Positions 12,706-23,100 of a DNA stretch of 64,000 nucleotides are shown here, piece by piece. The DNA is from Phallusia mammillata (taxonomy: Eukaryota), in the NCBI GenBank assembly GCA_965637545.1, contig OZ281498.1:23808001-23872000 (forward strand). The letters are read 5' to 3'. The notes below the pieces were generated by a model. The model saw nothing but the letters and a program-made list of their open reading frames with translations. It was not told the origin of the DNA and ran no database searches. The first letter of the stretch is position 1; every line of letters starts with the position of its first letter. Made by a program: the position numbers and the translations under genes.

Positions 12706-15078
12706 TTATTGGTTAACCTCTCTGTAAGTTCTGTTGGACCCAGTATTTTGCCGTTTTTTAATCCACTGCCTGCAGAAGTAAACCACAATAGCTGAAACCA
12801 CAAGCACAGCAGTGCCAGGAATGCAAATTATTAACACTAGTTTTCCAGTTTCAATTCCTCCACTCGAATCCGCATGTGAGGTTTTCGGTTTTGCTGTAGT
12901 TGTATTTGGAGCAACAGGTGATGTGCTTCTATTCGGCTGATGCTGCACAAATTAGATTTCAATGACTTTTCTCGAAAAGCTTTTTCGGTGCCTATGTCGA
13001 AGATGTATGGGTTTTTCCCCACATTTTTTAATTTTACGGATATCGGTAAACACTGGTAGTTACTTCATTTGATAAATGGTTTAGTGCTGCATAATAAGAA
13101 ATTTTTAGGGTGGTTCGACGTTTCAGTTTGGGAATTACCCTAACAACGTTTGTGTGACAGCACAGAAATATTTCTTTTTGCATACAACCTGTTTGGAAAT
13201 TGAAGTAGGTTCAACATTTGAAGTCTGAACCTGCCTTTCAGTAGTTGCTGTCATCGGAGTGGTGGTTGTCATACGTGGCGATGGTTTTGTAACCGGTGTT
13301 GATGTGGTGGTTGAAAACATACGGAACAAGTTTTTGCAATCTGCTTGACTAAGAACAACAGTTTTATCAATCAACTGTCATACATTTACTTTGAATTAAA
13401 TTAAAGAAAATTAAAAAAAATTAATTTGCAACCTCTAGAATTTGTGCCTCGGTGCCGTGGTGATGATTTAATATTCATAAAACCTTAGCCAACACCAACT
13501 AACCTGTATTTTTGTTAATATTAAAATCAGCTGGACAAACCACTATTGCACATAAAAAAAGGTTGATTTTCCAACCCCTGCTGGAAAGGAATGCATAGAT
13601 GCGAAAATCACTTTAACACATCAAACTATGCAACTGCATTTTAACACATCTTTTTTGGACAATAATGCATGACTGTTTGATATCAGTGAAGCATTTAACT
13701 TCAATAATACAAAAAACATTCAAAGTCTCTTAGACATGATATATTTACATGGCGTTGCGAGAAATTTCTAATGCACAAATCAGTGGCCACCGACCACCAA
13801 CAAATCCACCTAAAGTGTTAGACGTTACTTGGACTCGCTGGTAAAATAACTTTATTGATTTGTGGAATGGCTGGGATATAGAGCAAAGTGGTTGAACAAC
13901 ATAGTCTATCGGGCAATACAAATAACTTGTGGTAATTTTGGAACGGAGAGAATGTAATGTGCTCCTTGTACGAAATGTTTATGTTAGTATTTGTTGGTCA
14001 CTGTTGGAGTAATTTCACCAGCTTGTGTAAAACCTGTGTCTGGGCAAATACTTAATCTATCTAAGTGCGCTGAGGACCACTGTGAGCAACATCAGATGTG
14101 AAAGCTATAACCAGCCACAAGTTAATATATACGGCATAAAGTCTTATGTACGCTATAAAAAGTTGAGAGAAGTGCGAAGGCGCTTTAAACCCTTTGCGAA
14201 ACCTCACTAACACAGATACCAAATACATTTGCTTACCTGCAAAAACATCTTAGAAGTGTGTTATTGCAACAGTTCGTGTGAGGCAATGGGCACGTATGAC
14301 ATGTATTGGATGTGAAAAATTGGTCTGGGTTGCAGTAACCATGAACATACGATCCGTCGTCTTGTCTAATTAACTTCCCTTTTCCCTTTTGTAACAAACC
14401 TCGTTTACTTTTAAGCGTTTTTGGCTGTTTCTACAGTAGGCATTTGTTCTTATTAGCCAAGATAAAAGTGATATTATTATAAAAGTTAAAAAATAATTAG
14501 CGGTATAATGAAGTTTTTTATAAACATTTTTTCACTACCGGAATGAACACAAATTGGAATTACCACGAACTGGCATGTTCCGTTATTCCGTGTAATCCGA
14601 CGTTCCTGTTTCGACTGCCAATAAAAAAAAAACATTCCTCTATAATATATAATATAATTGTCTACTAATCTTTCCATACTTCATGAACAAAATCAACACA
14701 GTTACACCATGTTAACTTACAGAAACATTGCAATTTGTATACTTCCTTTTCACACGTTTTAGCTTCTGCAAAACAAACTAAATATGAATCTGTTTATAGT
14801 TTGAACTTTAAAGAATAGATTGTAAAAAAAAAACAATTGATATGTAAATAAATGTATTCTAAATTAGTTATTTATTGTAATAACGATTTTGCATGCTTGT
14901 GTTTTATTCCGAATTTAAAATTACCTTAAAGATAAGTTTAAAATAAAGAAAATTGTAAACTCAAACACTAATGATCATGATAACTTACCTTATATGTTTT
15001 ACCGCTCCCCACTACCACCATCATCAACAAGAACAGTAGCATCATATTCACAACGCAGGAGAACATAAACCGTTTCAT
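12706..15078 (-). CDS. Receptor family member C (complete); exons 14989-15078, 14721-14765, 14237-14430, 13186-13348, 12706-12942
   Basis: MKRFMFSCVVNMMLLFLLMMVVVGAVKHIR|KLKRVKRKYTNCNVS|KQPKTLKSKRGLLQKGKGKLIRQDDGSYVHGYCNPDQFFTSNTCHTCPLPHTNCCNNTLLRCFCS|QADCKNLF, then T-rich stalk|...TM LVLIICIPGTAVLVVSAIVVYF, then CRQWIKKRQNTGSNRTYREVNQ*. Confidence 0.82.
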
Positions 15079-15559
15079 ACTTTGCTGCTAAGGCACTGGA
15101 TTAAAACGTTATATAACTCTGCAACGATTTGCCATTATTTGAACTTTTGTTAATTTGATTGTGTTTGATAGGAATTGCTACAATTTAAACAGTTTGTCCC
15201 AGGGGTGGAAAGTTCCTTGGAATGCAAGGTTTTTTCTCATACAGTTTGTTAAAAAAAAATTATTTTATTATTACACTTATTTTTAATCAAATGTTGTGAT
15301 TTTGTAGTCCCAAAACGCAACCTACAAATACGCACCTGACTGCTTTTTGATTACTTATTACATGACCTGGGACAAAACACTATAACTTCTACTATTGCTT
15401 TTAAATAAATGATTTGCTGTCTGTGTTTTTGATTTTGTACCAGTCGACTCATCCACACATTTGCCAACTGTTTTAAGTTTTGATAAATGTGTGTCACAAG
15501 TTGTGATCCACTACATGGTTGGCCGACTAGCTTGCCTATCTTAAATATTTTGCAATTCT

Positions 15560-16563
15560 AAACCACATCTCTCGATACAACTTATAAACCGGCAAAATTC
15601 GAAACAATTACATCTTAACACAACGTTAAATTCCTTGCTATTCCTACAGCAGTACGGTTACCAGTGCATTACATCAGGGACTTGTACATGAGTATCACAT
15701 GGACCTATCACTGTCCGTTTTATGTTTCGCGTCACAGCACAAAGGCGATGTGACACGAACAATGAAATTTTCCTAAGGATTCCAAATAATCAGACGCGAC
15801 CCCCTCAATCAGACGCGATTTCCAAATAATCAGACGCGTTACAAGGTGACATCATCCACATTTATATAGGATTCAACGACACAACAAATGGTTGGTTTCT
15901 AAACCACATAAGCCCACATAAATGGTGTAGGGTTTTATAAGCAACAGTAAAAAAACTTGCAAAAAAGTCAGGACATGGATATTACTGGTGGTCAGTAATC
16001 CCAGGTGGGGATAAATAATATGATGAAAACAAAAACGTTATCATGGCAAAGCAATCATTTTTATGAATATTGTAGGCGTATATGGGTTTAACCTAAATCT
16101 TATAGTTAGTAGTTACATGTGCTTTAAAGATACAAACTGCCCTTAAAGTTGGCTAACCTGAAGAAAGACATAAAACATACACTGGACTTTTTTTGACATG
16201 TCTTTGAGTCAAAAACAAACCGCTTGACGGTTTCCAGTGATCAGCTTTGTCGGTCAACAACACCTATAATTAACCAGCCCACGTGGTCCGAAAGGCATTT
16301 GTACAAATGTGCCACTTTGGTATGTTTACACTTGCCATTTTTCCAAACTCGACTTGATATCAACCAGACAAAGCCTTCTGCTTTCAAACAACGTGATGAA
16401 CTTATTGCGTATTTATTGCGGCGTGATGAACCCAGAAGAAACGCCTGACTGATCGTTGTGGTAAAAGTTGTCTACGTGTCGTCTAAGATAATGACCTACT
16501 TGTTGTTACTACTCTTAAGGCTTGTAGCATAGAGATGACACGAACACAGCAAAGACGCTTTAT
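15560..16563 (-). pseudogene. Probable decayed family member between C and D (relics of exons 1-3)
   Basis: Three relics in the correct order: an exon-1-like segment 16500-16563 (ATA-AAG-CGT-CTT vs family ATG-AAA-AGG-CTY, donor GTAGGT); an exon-2-like VWKNGKCKHT at about 16315-16350; and an exon-3-like segment after a TTAG acceptor at about 15772 containing YCCRNSKEFNVVLRCNC, with stops and frameshifts. Confidence 0.5.
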
Positions 16564-16889
16564 GTAACTGTGTTATTTACTTTTATTAGACATTAACCAG
16601 ATACATTTATCAAAACGTATGATGGTGATGCGTTTTGTAATGGTTTTTGTATATGATTCTTATTCGATCGGAAAAAAGCCTGTGTGCAGAAGAATATTAA
16701 CAACCTTTCTATTAACAACCTTCACAACGACATTTTTAGCTTCGGTTAATCATGGGTTGAATTTAACACCTAAAATGTGAAAGCCAGTATGAAGAGTTTA
16801 CTTTTTTGAACTAAAACCACATCCAATGTGAAAAGACTTGTTTCGAGGTGATTTAACACAAAAACTAAAGGCAGTTCATATGTTTTTCG

Positions 16890-19165
16890 CTAAACTGAGT
16901 CAGTAGTGTAAATTGACTCATCATCAGGTGCAGTTCTGTCGTTGTCGAGCATTTCCACGATTTCCTGTGGGTCTGATGATTGTAGTGAATCTTCGGTATT
17001 GTTCTCATTAGCTTGTAGCCTTGCCTTTAATCCCTCCATACACTTATACCGTTTGTTTCGACACAAGCATGCCAGCAAGAACAGACATATAGCGACGATT
17101 ACAACGAGGATGACAATAAGGATGACCTCGTCGTTTGGCCAAGTGGTTGTAACTGGGTTCACAATGGGACCAAGTGTTGTTTCCACCTGTACAGACTGTG
17201 ATATAAATTTAGGTGCATTTAAGTTTGTTGGCCTTAAGAGTGCTTAAAATCACTGACACGTAACTTTTTTGAAATAAGTTCGGGGTTAAGTAGGATAAAA
17301 TTATTTTTCTACATCTTAAGAATGTTTAAATCTCTATTACATAATTTTTTGTACACTTATTTTTCTTATTTCATGATTTTGAACGAGTATTGAATACTTT
17401 GCAAAGAACCTTAATGTTAAAAAAACACACAACTAAATATCAGTGTATTCAGTACAAAAAAATTAGCAATCTTCTTTTAGCTGCCCGAGTGCATGTTCTA
17501 TATTTACTAGTGGTTTTGCAAAAGCTGAACCCCATTTAATACTGAATATTTCGGTTTTCTGATAAAAGGTTTTATTAGGGTTTGACACGAGACTTACAGG
17601 CGAAGAAGGCGATGGCGCTTTCGTTGTTGTCGTTGAACTTGTGGTTGTATCCACTTTTGGGGTTTCGACCGTTGGGGCTGTCACTGGTGTTGTGGACGCT
17701 TCGGTTGTTGTGCTTGGTGTGGGTTTTATGTCAGGTTCGGGTGTTGGTGAGACCCCAGTGGGTGGCGGATACTCCGTAGCGCAAGAGCTTCTACAAAAAA
17801 GTGCTTAAATATTGGTTAATAACAACGGTGTTTATTGGTAAGGACTAGAGCCGCCCGTAAAGGCTTGCAGTTCATGCGTTTTACAACATTTTCTGTTTTA
17901 TGCCTACAAGCAGGAGTATTAGCACTTTATTGTTAACTGAAAGTCATTAAGCTGAAATATTCATTATCATTAACAACATATTCGTCGACCGCGAGTGTTA
18001 GATTAGACCGGGAGTACCAAAAAGACTGTTAAAAAAGTTGAGAACCTCTAGGTTAAAGGCTTTCGGCATTCTTCTCGCGCTATGCCTGGTTGCTCATGCA
18101 AAACATCGACATCTAGCTTTTCGTGTGTATTTCGTTTTAGCTTTAGCTTCACTATTTCATTGATCATCTGGTCTAGGTCGAACCAAATAAAAAAAATCCA
18201 ACCGGTTTAGCGAATGTGGGTTTAACATATTCCGGTTTTGTCGACATTTATTGTCCAAAAATCTAAAAACATTAAATCCTGAGCATGAATGCAAGGTAAC
18301 CTACAAATTTGGCTTTAATACGGCAACATTATTAAAATAGAATCGAATAAACTCAAAAGCTACCAACTTGTAGAAGTAACATTTATCCAATCCATTTCTA
18401 CAGCAATTGGAAAGCCCTTTGGTACATGGTGTGCATCCAGGATCAGTGTACAACTCATCTGGGCCACATAAATTAGTTGTGCTTTTTATTCCGTTTTCGT
18501 CTTTTCTTTTTATAGTTGTAATTTCCTGAAAAAAAACGCATTCTTGCATGTAAAAACAACCATCAGATTTTATCTTGTGGTATTCATGATTTACACTTTT
18601 ATCTTTTACAAAACATACAAAATAATTGAATAGCCCAAGCAAACAGGTTAACCATGACAAAAATAATACAATTGTTAGAAAAACAGTTTTGTTTCTTAAT
18701 TAGCTTCACAAATTGTTGCATTTTTTTGAAAGGAAATATGTAATTATTCATGTAAAACATTTGTCTAATGTCTCTGTTAGCATGAATGAATCAGTTTTTG
18801 TTAAAAAAATAGAACTTATGAATGCAAAACTTACCACAAATGTACAAGTTCCATTTTCCCACTTTTCTTTATGCTCCTAACGAAACAAAATAACGAATTA
18901 TTTAAAAACAAATTAAACAGACAATTATAAGCATACACAAACGTTTTACAACAAATTGTAAGTTACCATAATGGTAAAAACTGCTTTCAATATTTTTCCT
19001 ATATTATTGGTATAACTTATATTTCGAGAAAAATAAAAAAATTAGAAACAAAAATTATGTTTTTCATGAACAGCCTTAACAAAGATAATTTACCTTATCT
19101 TCTGGTTTAGCCATCATCCCGACATTAATAAGTAATATCCAGAATACCATAATAAGCCTTTTCAT
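16890..19165 (-). CDS. Receptor family member D (complete); exons 19094-19165, 18835-18876, 18368-18525, 17598-17790, 16890-17186
   Basis: MKRLIMVFWILLINVGMMAKPEDK|EHKEKWENGTCTFV|EITTIKRKDENGIKSTTNLCGPDELYTDPGCTPCTKGLSNCCRNGLDKCYFYK|SSCATEYPPP, then P/T-rich stalk|...TM VILIVILVVIVAICLFLLACLC; acidic tail ending PQEIVEMLDNDRTAPDDESIYTTDSV*. Confidence 0.87.
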
Positions 19166-20138
19166 ATTTGACTTCGAATTAGCTAACTTTGGTTTTCAAA
19201 TAATATATTCGATAACAAACTCTTTGAAACTATGCTGTTTGAAATTCCAACTCTACAAATTTCCTAAAGTTAGGTACAGGCAGTAGTGAAGTTTTGTCTT
19301 TGGCCATCAGCTGATGAACTGGTTTCTAGAAAGTTCGCCATTCAACCCCGGGAAACCACCGGACGGGACAGTACCGGGGTGACGTTACAGCCACATGTCG
19401 GTATTTTCATCAACTTACCAAGTAGGCGTTTCAAAAAAAATTGTTTAGGCAGCGTGTTAGTATTAGTTTTTTGCATGGTTTTAGAAACAGCGAAATATTT
19501 CGGCGAAGGCTACTCGTATGATCGTATCGTGTATGCGCGTAATAAGCTCGACACGTCAAAGCACTATTAAAAGTGTTGCTTCCGGGCATGGGCTACTATA
19601 ATAATATGGCTTGTCGGCAAAAGATAGGCCTATTTGTTTTTGGACGTTTTAACGTCAGTAGGTCGTCTGGCGATATATGTGTCATTTGCCGTGATATAGG
19701 TATAGATAACAATATGGCGTCCTAGGCAATTGTGCTGTTACGATTTGTATCACCGGAGAAATAAACTCAACTCAACATAGCATGAAATACAAAAACAATG
19801 AAACCGTATCAAGTTTGCGCCATTTTACCGAGTATTTTTCGTTTAATTCAATTACTCCAAACTACTCGTCATTAGGTGATTTAATATCGATTTTTGAAAA
19901 TCCTAGGTGTCAAATATTTTTGGAAGAATGTGTATATCACTCTCATCCGATATGTGCATTAATCTATTGGGCTCATCCGTTTTTCCCACATGTGTTTTCG
20001 CGCCTTCGTGGGGTTTAATTGTTATTATTATTCCTTTTGTTAATTTGTTTGTTTTTAGTTTTGTTGCGAGTTTATCTCTGTTTATATTATTGTTTGTTAA
20101 TAACTTCTTTCCAGCGCAAGAACAGCAGGTTATTGACG

Positions 20139-23100
20139 ATGGGCCGTTCGCGAAGAAAATACGGACAGGACTTCACACAACAAGATTCAAGTTTAGGTAA
20201 ACCTTAATTTTAAGCGTCAAACCCTCCGAATTACTTTCAAAAGTATTATTCTAGCAATTTTGTACTTAAAATGTATCATTCTAGAGTAGACAGTTTTTAT
20301 GAAACTAAAAAGTGGTGTGCTAGAAAACAAATGCAATGCTGTAGCTTGGAGCCTTATAATACAAATTCAGATTGGAAAACGAAACATGTTATAAAACGTT
20401 ATTTGTCACCCATAGGCTCATTTGAAGCTCATGTTACTGTTTTTAATAATCTTGTTTAAACAATTGTTTTGAGCAAATTTTTCGTGAAAGACATTTGATG
20501 TACTTTATCTAATTTTCCATCTTACCCATTTATATACTTTACTTAATCTTCTCAAATCTAATGTTACATTTCATTAGCTCGGGTATTTAATTTTAACAAC
20601 CAATCTTACATCACTACATGAGTTAGTAGTAATTTAAAGAAACAAAGTATGAACCATCACAATTTAAAAGCACCCTTTTGTTCATGTGAAAGATAAAATG
20701 TAGTTTGCTTGTTTTAGGCGACACCAACCAACTCATTATTCCATTAAAATCCACCAAGTCGCGAAAAATGACTAACACAGGACCATTGCCAAAAAAGTTG
20801 AGCAAAAAGCAACGGAAGAAACTTGAAAAAGTTTTGGAGAGCAAAAAGAAAAAAGAAAAGGTTGCTTTGTTATTTAATGTATTCAGGAAAAGACTTTGTT
20901 TTGCGTGAATATGTATAGTTGAAAAATGTGAATATATTACCACTGCTTTTGTTGTTAATTGGTAATGAACAGTTAGAATGCATAATAATTCCAGCTTCTT
21001 GTGTTCATGGAAAAAAATGTGGTTTATGTTTGGTTGAAAGTACCATCTGTCTACAATTAATGTTAGTACACATGATACATTGACTATACTTGAGTAATAT
21101 ATATAATATTAATTATGTGTGTATTTAAATTAACTCTGTCTTCTTCAACTGTTTTATCTTTTTAATAATTGTATCAAACAAAATATATTATTTGCCTTAA
21201 ATCATATACTTTTTTTTACAAACTTTAAGAATTTGTTTATTTTTTACAGAGGTCTGATCTTCTTGTGAGTTTATCACAAGTCCAAGTAGAAACAAGTGAA
21301 CTTGCTATGCTTGACAGCGTTGCACACATGGGAACAAAAAATGCAAAGCTCTCGGTTCTGTCAAAGCGTCCATTGCCTGCTGATCTTCGAAATGCCATTC
21401 AGTCGCAAAGCAATAATCCTAATATTGCAAGTGGTATAAAAGGCTGGTCGGGAAGACGTAAAAGACGCAAGAAGGAAAAGGTATTGTATGGCGATCTTTT
21501 GTTAAAGTTTAAGTTTACTTTTTTAACTTAGCTAATGCATACTTGTAGATTTTTCTACTGTACCATTTAGGTGTCAAGCTCAATGTTTATGTGTCAAATT
21601 TGAGTTATGTTTAGTAACATAAAGAATTTATAATCTTAATTTGGGTCCAGCAAATTTTTAATTAAAGCAGTTCTCATAACACATTAAAACATTTGAACAA
21701 AATACTGCAAAAAAAACGTAGGTTAAGCCTAATATTACTTATCTTTCTTTCCATACTGGACCCAATGTTTCATTAGTATCAATACTTTTTGCATTGGTAT
21801 CATGTATATATTTCTTATATAGTATTTCTTACTGGTCTTCTTCTCAGTTTATTTGTTCACAGAAATCCGGACCTAAAAAAGAAAAAGAAGTTATGGAAAC
21901 AAGTGATTCAGAGCAGTCAGAAGTATCAAATGAAAATGATGTTTCAGAGGTTTCTGATATTGAGAGTGAAAGTGACATTGTTTCAGGTAAGGATGTTGGG
22001 TTTCAAAAGAGATTACAGAAGATTTGCTTGCTGTGTTAGAATAAATTTTATAGGAAGCTAGCATTGTATACAACTGCCATCCACAGAGTATGTACACAAT
22101 GACTTTGGTTGGTATTAAAATAGACAACTTGTGTCTGACTAATAGCTTATGTGTTGAAATTGGGCATTGTTCTAAAGTATTTTTGTTGAATAGTAAAATT
22201 CTGGCTTACTTTTGGACTGTGTTAGTACACGACTTAATTTGTTAGAAACACATGCTTTACAACCTGATGAAACAAAAGTACAAATGTGTTTATTGTGTTA
22301 ATGTGACAGCTTTTTGTTGAACACTTTGTCGTCACTCTTAGACAGATTAAACCCAGTGGTCTAGTAAATTGTTTTATTGTTTGCAGTTAACATGAGTAAA
22401 TATCTATTTTTGTTGTTTCACAGAAAATGAGCAACACTTGGATCAGAATGATAATAAAGTGGTTGAAGAGAAATCAACAATCGCTGATTCTTCAGTGATA
22501 CAGGAGAAAGTGATTCTTAATCAGAACGCGGAAAATCCAAAAGGTATCTAATAGGGATGGGCCAAAACTGCAATTGTTCTGTTTGGTCGAGCACCGAGCA
22601 TCTAACGTTAACGCTCGGCCGAGCACGCTCGGTGTATTGTGACGTCACAAAGACAACCATTGTTACTCAATTTTCACTTTTTAATGTCTATTATCTAGCC
22701 ATCCGGTGCGTATAAAAGCTCCAGTCGTCCTTTCTACACGACAAACATATGACACAAATTGTTGTCTTTTTATTGAACTTAACGCTTCAAATACAACACA
22801 TGGTCATCACTAATAAGTGTAATTTATATTTGGTATATTTGCATGCAAAAATGCTAATATTTCCACGTGTTTTGGCTTAATTCGATTACGCAGCGGCGAA
22901 ACGATAGTCCCATTGGCTAAACAATCGTTCAGAAGACACACTGGTCGGCACACAAGACAGTAAAGTCATGGCCAAACGAAAAAAAGGCGGACACTCTATT
23001 TGATATTTTACCCAAAATTGCAAGATGGACTTTCCATGCTTAATTGGTGGACTTGACAGGTATTGGGAAACATGTAACTTAACATTTTTACTCTGCGAAC

